Positions 16,252 through 31,187 of a stretch of DNA of 64,000 nucleotides are shown piece by piece. The translations under genes were made by a program, and so were the position numbers. The first letter of the stretch is position 1. Each line of letters starts with the position of its first letter. The notes beneath the pieces were generated by a model. The model was given only the letters and a program-made list of their open reading frames with translations, was not told the DNA's origin and searched no databases. The DNA is from the human T2T-CHM13v2.0 reference genome, Homo sapiens. The DNA lies in the NCBI RefSeq assembly GCF_009914755.1, contig NC_060931.1; one strand, 5' to 3'.

Positions 16252-16490
16252 AAAAGATCAGAGAGTTGCCCTGGGGACTCTGTATCCAGGCTCAGAAGCC
16301 TGGGTGGCTTTCTGGAACAGGGCTGTCCTGTGAGGTGAGCATATGGCCTGAGTGACAGGCTGGGATGGTGGCCAGGACTGCAGTATTGACAAACAGCAGG
16401 AGTAAAGCCGAGAGACCTGAGCCCTGCTTCCTCCCATGTCTCACTCCTGCCTCCCACTTCCATTCCCCTGCTGCTCTGGTCTCTCGACAG

Positions 16491-16658
16491 CTTGCCCGCT
16501 ACACCAAGGAAGGCTTCCTGCACTTGGGTGCCCTGGGGACCACCACACTCCTCCCTGACACCCGCTGCCTGGTGGACAACTCCAAGAGTCGGCTGCCCCA
16601 GCTCCTGGACTGCGACAAGGTCAAGAGCAGCCTGTACAAGCGCTGGAACTTCATCCAG
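16491..16658 (+). CDS. GALNT17: GALNT17 penultimate coding exon (ricin B lectin domain)
   Basis: Acceptor ctctcgacAG|CTT and donor CAG|GTGAGT; 168 bp, phase 0/0. Translates LARYTKEGFLHLGALGTTTLLPDTRCLVDNSKSRLPQLLDCDKVKSSLYKRWNFIQ, a ricin repeat (RCL..C..W) I recognise as GALNT17/WBSCR17. Confidence 0.95.
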
Positions 16659-17747
16659 GTGAGTGCTGTATGGACAGAGCCAGCACCCAGAGTAGCTGCA
16701 AGAGGCTGCAGACCACAGAGGGGAATCCTGCTTCCCCAGGGGTCCCCAGCAAAGAGCGACCCCGAACCCAGGTCTCCCTGCCCCGGGCTGGGCTTGTGGA
16801 CCCAAAGCACTTCCTGGGGGCAGCTGTGGAGTTTCTGCATGGAGTAGCATTTCTGATTCCTATGTCAGTGCTAGGCTGGTTGAGCTCTGATCAATCCTGA
16901 GATAGGAGTGAGGGGGGACTTCCTTGAAATCCACTAAGTACCCACAGCCAGTGGGGTTGAGACCATCAGACCAAGAATATCCCAGGAAACTCAACATCCT
17001 GACCCCCTCCTGACCCCATCCCCCACCCCCCACCAACGCTCCTCACCTGATTCAGATACTCCAACTGGGTGAAGCTTATTTAGGTTCTGACTTCAGAGTC
17101 CCCAGAGGAGGTCCTCATGCTTCCCTGCCCCAGTCTCATGCAAAGAATTTTGGTGGAATTGATTCTCTGCAAGAAGCTATGTGCCAGGCGCCATGATAGT
17201 TAAGCCTCTCTCTCTCTTTCTTTCTCCTATTGCACTCTCTCTCTCTCCCTCTCTCTCCCTCTCTCCCTCTGTCTCCCTCTCTCTGCCTCTCTCTCCCTTT
17301 CTCTCTTTCTCTTCTCTGTCTTGTCTCTCCTCTATCTCCTGTCTTCTCTCTGTTCCTCTCCTCTCTTCTCTTTTTTCTCTCTCCCCTTTATCTTTCTCTT
17401 TTTCTCTCTCTCCTCTCTATCTTCTCTCTTCTCTCTTCTCTCTCTTCCCTCTTTTTCTACCCCTCCTCCCTTTCTTTGTCTTCTCTTTGTCTCTTTGTCT
17501 CGTTCTCTCTCCTGTCTCTTTCTCTTCTGTCTCTATCTTCTCTCTTTCTCCTCTCTTCCCTCTTTTTCTCTCTCTCCTCTTTCTGTCTTCTCTTTGCCTC
17601 TTTCTCTGTCTCTCTCTTTCTCTTCTCTTTTTCTTTTTCTCTTTATCATTTTCTCTCTCCTGTCTCTCTTTCTCCTCTCTCTATATCTCTCGCTGTCTCT
17701 CTCTCCTCTCTCTCTTCTCCTCTCTTCTCGATTTTGCCCCCTCCCAG
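16659..17747 (+). other. GALNT17: GALNT17 terminal intron (1089 bp)
   Basis: GT..AG boundaries joining two in-frame exons. Confidence 0.93.
17205..17745 (+). repeat. CT-rich low-complexity tract with no AG dinucleotide
   Basis: By eye, no AG between 17203-17204 and the acceptor AG at 17746-17747. Confidence 0.92.
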
Positions 17748-17876
17748 AATGGAGCCATCATGAACAAGGGCACGGGACGCTGCCTGGAGGTGGAGAACCG
17801 GGGCCTGGCTGGCATCGACCTCATCCTCCGCAGCTGCACAGGTCAGAGGTGGACCATTAAGAACTCCATCAAGTAG
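17748..17876 (+). CDS. GALNT17: GALNT17 last exon, coding part (final lectin repeat and stop)
   Basis: Acceptor ccctcccAG|AAT in phase 0 with the previous exon. Translates NGAIMNKGTGRCLEVENRGLAGIDLILRSCTGQRWTIKNSIK-TAG, with the QxW motif typical of the GalNAc-T C-terminus. Confidence 0.95.
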   Translation, partial: NGAIMNKGTGRCLEVENRGLAGIDLILRSCTGQRWTIKNSIK

Positions 17877-19330
17877 AGGGAGGGAGCTGGGGCACTGGAG
17901 CCTGGCCCCCAGGACATGGCTGCTCCCCCCAACATCTGGACCAGCTGCCCTGGCGGAGAGACAGCAAGGGGCCGGCAGGTGCTCGATGGGCCCCCCAGGG
18001 CTTCTCCAGGGCAGCACAGGGACCCCGGATGAAGACTCTGTCCCCCCTCAGGCATTCAGCTGCCCACAAGTTTCCTGCACCCTGGAAAAGCCCCCCACCC
18101 TTCCTCTGGGAAACTGACAGCTGTCTTCCACAGCCTCTGATGTGGACCTGGTACTGAGGAGCAAGACTGTCCAGTTCTCCTCCACATCTCCCATCCCAGA
18201 ATCAGGATCTGGGACTGGCAGGGTCCCCTCCTGTGTCTCATCTCTTGCAGCAGCAGCTGCTGAACTCCAGCCATCAACACGGTGGGAGGCAGCGGGGGCT
18301 TCAGCCATGTCCTAGCTCCCCGCCCTAAAAGGAGGCAGTGAGGACCAGGCACTATTTCCTCCGAGGTTACTTCTACCCAGATGACACCTGCCTGTTCACG
18401 CCCCAAGGCAGCTACTGCCCCTAACCCTTCCCACCAGGGTAGCTTTGGGCACTGCAGCTCTGGACTTTTCTGGCCCCTCCTGAGATGACCTGATGGAGCT
18501 GATGCTTTCTCTCCTAATCCCTGGGCACTAGGCTCTTATCAGTGTGCTTGGGCCAGCTCTCCTGCCTGTGTCTAGAGGAAGCCAGAGACAGAAATAGGCT
18601 AAGCCTGCAGTAGGATCTCAGCCACAAGGGCCCCGCAGGATGGAGCTGGGTCAAGGACCAGGGAGCCCTGACTCCCAGAGGCTGCCACCGGGGAGAAGCA
18701 GCGGTCCTCCATCCAGAACCTAAGGGCTGAAGCAAAGGCTGCCAGGACCCTTGAAGATGCTTTTGGCTCACCTCATTTCACCCCACGCTCTGCTGGCTGG
18801 CAGAGGAGAAGGCAGTCGTTTCCTCTCTGAAGAGTATTTTTTTCGATTGCCCTCTGGTTAGGGTGCACATATAAATCAGAGTTAATATATGAACGCGTGT
18901 GCATGCACAAGTGTGTGTGTGCCTGCGTGCTGTGCGTGGCAGGGTGTGTGTGTGTGTGTCTGGCTGTGCGTTCCGGAGTGTGTGACGATGCTGACCTAGC
19001 TGTGTGGCCTTGGGCTTGCTGCTTCATTACTCACCTGGATGGGGACGAGGGATGAGAAGGGTGTGGGTTTGGCCCCATGTCACTGGCCGGAAGGATGTGT
19101 CTCAGCCCTGCCCTGTGGGGTGCCCCCGATGGGAGGCTGTCCCATCTCCCAGTCCCCATCTCTTTTTCCCCACACTGTCCCTGGCCAAGCCCTGCCCAGA
19201 GCTGAACCCTGTAGCTGCCCCCTTGCCCTGTGTGGGATTCGCAGTGTCTCATTTGGTGACGTCTTACTGGTGATCATCTCCTCACCCCATCTCCCACCTT
19301 GTGGAATAAATACATGTTAGCACTTCCCAG
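17877..19330 (+). other. GALNT17: GALNT17 3' UTR
   Basis: Stretch free of interspersed repeats from the stop codon to AATAAA at 19305-19310; Alus resume at about 19435. Cleavage site approximate. Confidence 0.8.
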
Positions 19331-19356
19331 AGCAGCCTCCTTTGTGTCTTGATTTC
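19305..19356 (+). terminator. Polyadenylation signal with downstream GU/U-rich element
   Basis: AATAAA at 19305-19310, then tttgtgtcttgattt at 19341-19355. Confidence 0.85.
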
Positions 19357-19434
19357 TCCAGAACTGGAGGTGGGGAGGGGAGTGATGGAGACATAGGAGG
19401 AGAGCTTCTTTGGCTTTGAGGGTTTAGTGTTACT

Positions 19435-19998
19435 TATTTATCTATTTATTCGAGATGGGGTCTTGCTCTGTGGCCCAGGCTGGAGTGCAGTGGTGCAATC
19501 ATGACCCACTGCAGCCTCAAACTCCTGGGGCTCAAATGATCCTCCCACCTCAGCCTCCTGAGTAACTGAGACTACAGGTACACATCACCGTGCCTGGCTA
19601 ATTTTTTAAAAAAGATTTTTGTAGAGATGGAATCTTGCTATGTTGCCCAGGCTGGGCCTGAACTCCTAGCCTCAAGAGATCTTCCCACCTTCACATCTCA
19701 AACTGCTGGGATTTCAGGTGTGAGCCACTGCATCCAGCTAATTAAAAAAAAAATTGTAGAGCGGGGTCTTGCTATATTGCCCAGATTCGTTTCAAACTCC
19801 TGGCCTCAGGCAATCCTTTCACCTCAGCCTTCTGAGTAACTCGAACCACAGGCACAGGCCACTAGACCTGGCTGATTTTTGAGAAACAGGTTCTTGCTAT
19901 GTTCCCCACTCTGGTCTTGAATTCCTGACCTCAAGTGATCCTCCCACCTCAGCCCCTCAAAGTGCAGAGATTACAGGTGTGAGTCAGTGCACCAGGTC
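19435..19998 (-). mobile_element. Tandem old Alu/FLAM monomers (four arms)
   Basis: One right arm followed by three left-arm-like monomers, all antisense. Confidence 0.8.
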
Positions 19999-20151
19999 TG
20001 GGTTTGCTCTTAGTAAAGGCAAAAGGCCCCCGCACACTGGGGCTGACTAAGGCAATGCCGTTCTACCCTCACACTCGCCTTTTCCCCCTTAAAGCAGGAC
20101 AGAACTGGACACCTGACCCTCGCTTACTAACCCTTGTGTGTCCCAGGTTAG

Positions 20152-20545
<394 letters not shown>

Positions 20546-20953
20546 CCCCTCTTTTTTAGGGCCACACAGTGGCAGGACAAGATGGCCCGCTTTGCTTGTT
20601 TATGTGGCGTGGGGGATGCTGGCTCAGGACCCCTGAGACTCTCTGGTACCAGCACATGTGCTCTGAGCTCTGAACCTTGGTTACAAGGTCCAGTAGCCTG
20701 GAGGTGCTGTTCACATCAGCACCATCTGTCAGCAGCTTCCCCCCATGGGATCAGGATACCTGGGGAGACTGCTCAGAGCATGAGGTCAGCATCCCAGGGC
20801 AACACCCTCTTGACCCCATGGGGTCCCATCTGGGCTTGATGGCACTGGGAGTGGCCATGGACCAAGGGAGTGAAGAAGAATTAACAAAGCAAGAGAAAGG
20901 GAGGAAGAGAAAAGAGAAGCAGGACCCTGGTGGGAAGGAAAGGATTGGTCTTA

Positions 20954-21920
<967 letters not shown>

Positions 21921-22944
21921 TCATTATGTCAGTCACTGGCGTCATCTATAGTTTGAGAAGTGACAGATCCATTTCCTGACCTGAGCACCCTCCATGGTCC
22001 CCTCTGCCATGGGGGAGAATGCAGGACAGGACAGGAGGCTGGGCTCTGGCTATGTCACCCTCCTGCCCTGCCCAGCCCCTTCCCCTCACACCAGAACTCC
22101 TGCCCTCCCCTAGCTGTGACCATTTCTTTCTCTTTCCTCTAATTTTTTTTCCACTCAATGTATATGGCAAGAAAAAAAAAACAAAAAATGTTGCAGATGG
22201 TAGTCCTGGTAAATGCTCAAGCCGTCGAAGCCAATGCCTTTGAATCTCTGTTATTTCAGACATCTCACATGTTTTCTTTCTGGTTAGATGGATGCTGGGG
22301 GCTAAGGAAAGAGAAGAATCGGAAAAGATAGAATCAGCACACTGGGGGCCAGACACTGCCCTTATAAGCCACTCCAAGCCTTTTTTGTGAGTTTCTGAAG
22401 CCATTTTTTTCATCTGATATTTTTTCTACCATCCTTGAAAAACAACCCGGTTTCATAAAGTGAGGGAGGCCCCTGAGCAGAGCAGATCACTCATCCAGGG
22501 CTGCAGTGAGTGAGTTATCATTGATTGACGTGCTATTTCTCCTCCTTCCTCTTTGCCAATGCTTTTCTGGGAAGGGTAGGGTCACAGCCAGCCAGGAAAA
22601 GGCTTGCAAGGGGCTTGGAGCCTGTGTAGGGAACTAGGCAGTTCATGAAGCTTTCCCAGGCTTCAATAAGCCCAGCGGCTGAAGCCAGGAGCCCAGTCCC
22701 TGCTGAGTGTCAGGATGTCAGCCTCATGTTTCCATCTGAGCTCCCTGTGCCTGCCAATGATCAGTTCCTGATGTCCCACAATCATGTATGTCTGAGTGTC
22801 TTGGCTTCCCTGTTTTTTCACTTCTCAGATAAGTCTCCTTAGACCCAAGTTTGGGGATCACTGCTCAACCTCAAAGTGCAGAGGTGCATTTCAGTTCTGT
22901 TCAACAAATATATTTGGACACCTCTGTGGTTTGCTCCTTATGAT

Positions 22945-23270
<326 letters not shown>

Positions 23271-23428
23271 TTATGATTTCTTGGAAAAGGAAAGGAGAGA
23301 GAGAGAGAGGAAAGGAGGGAGAGAGGAGATTGAGCTAAAATGTGTTAAGTGCGAGGCACTGTGATGAAGAGAGAAGCAGCATGGTTTTTGCCCTTGGAAG
23401 CTCCTATTTAAGAGAAGAAAACAGACAC

Positions 23429-23739
23429 TGTAGCAGGACGAGTCGCAGATAAAACTCCTCAGACACCAGATGAAAGAAGGAAGAGGTTTTTATTCTGCCG
23501 GGAGCGTCGGCAGACTTCGCATCTTAAGAGCCGAGCTCCCTGAAAAAGAAATTCCTAGCCCTTTTAAGGGCTTACAACTCTAAGGGGTCCACATGAAAGG
23601 GTCATAATAGATCAAGTAAGCGTGAGGAACGTGCCTGGGGGCTACATACATCAGCTAACAGAACAAAAAGTTTTACAGTGCTTTCTCATACAATGTCTGG
23701 AATTTACAAATAACACCAGTAGTTTTGGCCGGGGGTTAA

Positions 23740-23794
<55 letters not shown>

Positions 23795-23967
23795 TTAACC
23801 ACCAGGGCCAGGTGGTGGCGCCAAGGTCGTCTAGCTATTTATCTTACTTCTGCTTCTTTCCAACTTTTTGCTTTCTCCCTTTTCTCCTGTCTTATAAACT
23901 AGGGAAAAGGGAGGGTTGGGGAGAAGCTGGGGAGGACAACAGGAGAAGTGGTGGTCTCATTCCAACA
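23429..23967 (-). mobile_element. ERVK-class solo LTR (LTR14B-like)
   Basis: Termini tgtagcaggacgagtcgcag... and ...gagaagtggtggtctcattccaaca match my memory of an HML-family LTR; subfamily uncertain. Confidence 0.65.
23741..23794. repeat. (ATT)18 trinucleotide STR inside the LTR
   Basis: Perfect 54-bp run. Confidence 0.95.
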
Positions 23968-24563
23968 CAATATATTGGGCTTCTGCCCTGTAGCCCAAGC
24001 AGTCATGAAATGGGGTCTATGCCTATTGGCATGAATAGGGCTCCAGGCATATTAGAAAATTCCAGTGTTCTTTCCCCCAAAGAGGCCCCAGCCGATGGAT
24101 GGACCTCACACATGTGGCTTCCAGCTTGACCTCCTCTGCTGGGTATTGATACAGCCTCCCATTACTGATTAGCCAAAAACAAGGAACCAAGAACGGAAAC
24201 AAGGAGAGCCAGACAGGGATCAATCGATAATGCTGTGGATGGTTCCAGAAGACAGGATACTGTCCAGCCTCACCAGAGATTATTATCATCCTTAATACAT
24301 GGTTGATGGGCTCATATTCCTCCAGGAACACAATCGCATCTTACCCACTCCCCTAGTGGACGCCCGCCTACCTGTCCAAGTAATCAGTCAGTATCTGCTT
24401 GATAAACTCTAGAGACAGGTTGTTCTAAGGCAGGAAAACTCTTTCTGACAGTGAGCCAAGCATGATCTGAATCTCAAGAATGTCTTCCCACTGTCCCTCC
24501 CTCTGGAGGCTGAAGACAAGACTAAGCTTTCTGTCATCTGATGAGATTTAAACCTACAGTGAA

Positions 24564-25135
24564 GGCTGGGCAAGGCACCTCACACCTGTTATCCCAGTGC
24601 TTCCGGAGTACAAGGCGGGAGGATGCTTGAGGCCATGAGTTTGAGACCAGACTGGGCAAAATAGTGAGACCTCTGGCCGGGTGTGGTGGTCATGCCTATA
24701 ATCCCAGCTCCTTGGGAGGCCAAGGAGGCTCGATCACCCAAGGTCAGGAGTTCAAGATCAGTCTGGGCAACATAGTGAAACCCCGTCTCTACTAAAAATA
24801 CAAAAAAATTAGCTGGTGATGGTGGCACACGCCTGTAATTCCAGTTACTCAGAGGCTGAGGCAGGAGAATCGCTTGAACCTGGGAGGTGGAGTGTTGCAG
24901 TGAGCCGAGATTGCACCACTGCACTCCAGCCAGGGTGGCAATGGGAGACAGAGCAAGACTGTCTCAAAAAAACAAAATGATACAATACAAACAACAACAA
25001 CAACAAAATCCAAATAGTGAGAACTTGTCTCTACAAAACAAAAAATTTAAAAACTACCCCGGTTGCAGTGAGCTGTGATTACATCACCACACTCCAGCCT
25101 GGGCATCAGAATGAGACCCCTGTCTCTAAAACACA
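24564..25135 (+). mobile_element. AluJ-like element interrupted by an AluS (24675-25010)
   Basis: Duplicated aaatagtgaga on both sides of the inner Alu. Confidence 0.8.
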
Positions 25136-25529
25136 CAACAAATTTAAGCTATAGGATGCCTCAAAGTCAGTGGGCCCCTTTAAGCTTGAACACAGCTGCC
25201 ATAACTATAAGGGGAACAACCTCTATTCCGTGGGCAGCACCTTGATCAGTGGATAGAATTCATTTCTGCCACCTGGAGAAATGGTTAACTTTCTTGGCTA
25301 GAGAAGCCATATGCCATTTCCTGCAGGATGGGGTGTATATTGTTGACAATTTTAATCTAGTGTGTCCTTTTTTTCTTTTTTTTTTTTTTTTTAAGAGGCA
25401 GTGTCTTGTTCTGTCACCCAGACTGGAGTGCAGTGGTACAATCATAGCTCACTGCAGACTTGAATTCCAAGGCTCAAACGATCCTCCTACCTCAGCCTCC
25501 CAAGTAGCTGAGGCTACAGGTGCACATAC

Positions 25530-26175
25530 TGATACAGGAGTTAAGAAGAAATTACTTAGGTAGATAGTAAGGGCAAAGAAGTCCTCGGTAATGTTTTCCT
25601 TTTAATAAAAAGCAACCCCCAAATGATTTTCTTTTCTAACAAAGAGCAGCCTGTGAAATCAAGCTTCAGACAGAGACAAGCAAGCTGGAAGCTTGCACTG
25701 GTGAATGCTGGCAGCTGTGCTAACAGGATAAGGCTACCTGGGAATCGGCATGTCCAACATGGCGGCTCCATCTTCCCTTCTCTTTGCCAAATCATGTGGA
25801 CAGTAAGGAGAAGACAATATGGCACCAGCCAGGCAAAGACCCCATTTGCATAATAAGGTTAGAATGGGGTGACCAGCCTCCCCTGGCACACTATGTAAAC
25901 GTCACACCTGGCTGAACCAATATGTGGGCCTTATGGAAATCAGACACCATCTCCTCAAGCCTGCCTATAAAATCTGGTGTAGTCCAAGGGCTGGATTTTC
26001 TTTTTCAGGAATCCCTCTCTCACAAGGGAGAGACCTGTTCTCCTTTCTCTTTCTTTTGCCTATTAACCCTCTGCTCCTAAACTCACTCCTCCTGTGTGTC
26101 TGGTCCATGTCCTTAATCTTCTTGGTGTGAGACAATGAACCCTGGGTATTTACCCCAGACAATGACACCGCTTCA
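25530..26175 (+). mobile_element. ERV1-class solo LTR (MER50-like) inserted in an antisense AluJ (25370-26245)
   Basis: TG..CA termini; perfect 4-bp TSD atac at 25526-25529 and 26176-26179; TATA-like tataaaa and attaaa-like signals; the Alu resumes after the TSD. Confidence 0.8.
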
Positions 26176-26787
26176 ATACCACCTTACCCGGCTATTTTTT
26201 TTTCTTTTGTAAAGATGAGATCTCACTATGTCACCCAGGCTGGTAGTATTTCTTAAATAAAGTAATAAGTGGCATCCTTCTAAAGAAAAAAAAAACTCTC
26301 ACAGACCCTCAGGGCTGACCTAATTTATTTTTTACTATAGTGTTTCTCAAATATGTGTAAACATAAAATGGCTTCTACTCATAGGTCTGTTGCAGCTATA
26401 ATATAAGAATAAATTTACAAGTCGATATGAACAAACCAACAAAGTAGATAAAATTTCAGTTAACAGTATTCATTTAACCTGGTGGCACTGTCACTCACCG
26501 AAATGGAATCGTTGCTGCTTCAGATGTGAATGTGGAACCAACTGAACCAGCAGAGGTTCTTCTGTGCCTCATGATAACCTGATTCTCCCTCTAGTTTCCT
26601 GTACTCTGGAGTATTTTGGAAATGTTTACTCACCATTCATTTACCCCATATTTATTGAGCACCTACCGTCTCTCTAGGGTGTAGTAAATTAGTAAGCAAA
26701 GAGGATAGAAATCCTGCTCTCTGGGAATTTATATTCTAGCAGCTTTCCTGAGCAACAAACACATTTCTATTAAAATCTCCACCCTCG

Positions 26788-27530
<743 letters not shown>

Positions 27531-27823
27531 TAATTTTCCGATAATCACCAAAATAAAGACAAAAAAACTTTGAAAATCTTACAGACATCTTGTACATGCG
27601 AAAGTCAGAGGCTGCCTAGATGCCTGCAAATCCCTAGTTGGAGAAGCACAGGTTGAGTCACTTTCCATTACACACACGTCCTTTTATCTTGTTGAGAAGT
27701 TTGATAAGGAGGTGCTACCAACAAACCAACTGCAGCTCTTATCTCTAAGAGAAAAAATTACCCACAGAGTGGGTGTTTCTAACTCTTGCTTTTCTTCCTA
27801 TCTTACCTTGTGGGGAAAAGAAC

Positions 27824-28221
27824 TGTCTTAGTCCATTTGAGTTGCTGTTATGGAAAACCTGAGGCTGGGTGCTTTTATAAAGAAGTGAGGTTTATTTGGC
27901 TTATGGTTCTGCTGGCTGCATAAGAAGCATGGTGCCAGCATCTGGTCTGGTTAAGGCTGTGGGCTGCTTCCACTCATGGGGGAAGGTGAAGGGGAGCTGA
28001 TGTGTGCAGAGATCACCTTGTGAGAGAGAGAGAAGGCAAGAGACAGAGGAGGAGGTTCTAGGCTCTTTTAAACCACCAGCTCTCACAGGAATAAATACAG
28101 CAAGAACTCACTCATTACCCAAGCTAGGACCAAAACACCTCCCAACCAGGCTCCACCTCCAACTCTGGGGATCACATTTCAACATGAGATTTGGAGGAGG
28201 CAAATATCCAGACTGTATCAA
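27824..28221 (-). mobile_element. MST/MLT1A-type MaLR LTR
   Basis: tgtcttagtccattt...caacatgagatttggagg..gactgtatca. Confidence 0.75.
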
Positions 28222-29082
28222 GAATAAAATCTCACAGTTTGTTGGGTAGGACATTGGAAAGCATGGTCAGAGTGAGGTATAGGGATACTTGGTGGACTTC
28301 ATCTATATCGATTGTACTAATCTTTTTCCTGAATACATAGTTCATTGGTAGCTAATATTATATCTGCTCCTCCAGTCCTGAGAGTGTGGGCTGTCCTTCA
28401 CTGTGCCACTTGGAAAGGCAGAAAAAGGTAAAGCTTTTGGTGGGACAGTTGCAATAGGCCCTGGGCAACAGCATGAGCTTTGGGTATTGAGATTTCTACA
28501 GAGGCCTGCGGCACAGCCACTGGTTAGTTATGAAGCGGAGCACTTGTAATCCCACCATGAAGATAAAAAAAGGAAGATATAGGCTGCTCAGTTTTTCAGT
28601 TATTCCCCAGGCATTTTGCCCTTGAAAATACACAAAGAATGAAATCTCCAGTCCTAGCCCAAGGCACCAAACCAAACTTCTGGTGCCAGAGGCTACACCT
28701 CTTGATTTCTCTGCTTCGATACAAGATGCAACCTCTTTGATTCAGAATTTGTGATACTTGAGTTTAACATATGCCTAAACATTTGCTCATATAAATAAGG
28801 CTCAGAAAATGAAAAATTTTTTTAAAAAGCTATTTACCTGTGTGTCTTCTCAGTGCTTCAGAGGCCTCCCTTGGGATGGATCCTATCTGTCTGCTATTTG
28901 TACCCACTTCATTGAAGAGTGTTCTCCGCCTGGGGCTCATGTGGGAACTAGAGGAAAGTTCCAGTTCAGGTGTACCCTGAGACTGCGCTGATATTACCAC
29001 TGTTTTATAATTCAAATTCCCTTTGCCCCCAAAAGCTCAGACCCAACCTACTATAAATGTGCCCAAATTAATGGGGTTCTAA

Positions 29083-29415
<333 letters not shown>

Positions 29416-29604
29416 CACAATTCATTTAGAGGGTAGAATCTGGCACTGGCCCCTGGAAAGAAGCTGTTTTTCTTTCTGGAGAGTTTGCGTGAGGTTCTAA
29501 TCGGTAACCAGCCGAAGGCACAGTGACAAAGCAAAGGAAACCTGCAAGAGGTTGGGAAGAAAGAAAACCAGAGACTCCTGATTCCCATCCGCCCTGCCAG
29601 CCTC

Positions 29605-29741
29605 CAGAGACTGAGGCAGGAGGATCGCCTGAGCCCAGGAGGTCAAGGCTGCAGTGAGCTATGATCACACCACTGTACTCCAGCCTGGGCCCCAGAGCAA
29701 CACCCTGTGGATTAGTCTGTTCTCACACTGTTATGAAGAAC
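29605..29741 (+). repeat. 137-bp copy of the Alu/MST junction at 32331-32467
   Basis: Ungapped hand alignment, 19 mismatches in 137; identical junction position. Confidence 0.75.
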
Positions 29742-30285
29742 CTGTATGCAACCATCCATGACGACCCTCCGTGCTCTTCCGAGCTCCCCCAGTGCATGTG
29801 ACAATATCCCAGAGGTGTCATCCAAACTCGTGCCTTACTCTTGACTGCTGTGAGATAAGTATGAGTGATGACAGCTTCCTGGAAGAAAGCCCCTCGATCT
29901 TTACGGAGGACATAGCCACTGCTTTCCATTGGTGTCTTGGGAAGAACTTGCTGTTGTGTTATTGTTTTGCTTTGTTTTAAGATATCTGCTTTTTAAAAGA
30001 ATTTCCCAGAGGGGTGAAGAAGTTGAGCACCAGAGACCAGATGGGGAAGGTGACTATTTCTCTCAAATACAGGGAAGGCTTTTGGTTTTGTTTGGGATTG
30101 TTTTGTTTGTTTTGTTTTTATTGCTTTCCCTGGATTTATCTTGTGGGTATGCTGGTTTATCAGGCTGCTGTTAACTGCATTGCCTGGGGATATTTTCTGA
30201 TAGGGTAGATTCAAGCATGGTGCCCAGTGAGGAGGGCAGAAAAGGATAATTGTCACTGTTAACCATAAGTACCACCATGATTTGA

Positions 30286-30633
<348 letters not shown>

Positions 30634-30797
30634 GCATAGTTTTTTATAAGCACCTTCTCTTTTCATCCTCCCAGCAAGCTTATGGGCAGGTGCTATCATT
30701 TTCTCTTTATAGATGGGAACACTGAAACTCAGGGAGATTAATAACCTGTCTCAATATCACATAGTCTGTACCTGGCAGGTTTGGGTTTCAGACCTCA

Positions 30798-31019
<222 letters not shown>

Positions 31020-31129
31020 CTAACATGAAAACCTTAGATGAGAGAGGAGGAGGGGAGTGAGGATCTGCAGGAATATGTCTAGATACATTGCTGTGGACCC
31101 TTAAATGCTAAAGGAGCAGAGATTCATTG

Positions 31130-31164
<35 letters not shown>

Positions 31165-31187
31165 CGCGCGCGTGCGCGCACATGCAC
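31130..31187. repeat. (TG)13(CG)8 compound alternating purine-pyrimidine repeat
   Basis: Read directly from the sequence. Confidence 0.95.

Noticed and set aside
17181-17876. 231-aa ORF (plus overlapping 177- and 179-aa ORFs) rich in Ser/Leu/Phe, in frame with the last exon
   Set aside because: A C/T tract cannot contain stop codons, so all frames stay open. Only the last 42 aa are real GALNT17.
29742-29980. CpG-retaining unique segment with short ORFs on both strands
   Set aside because: No recognisable protein or pseudogene parent; the lengths are compatible with chance.
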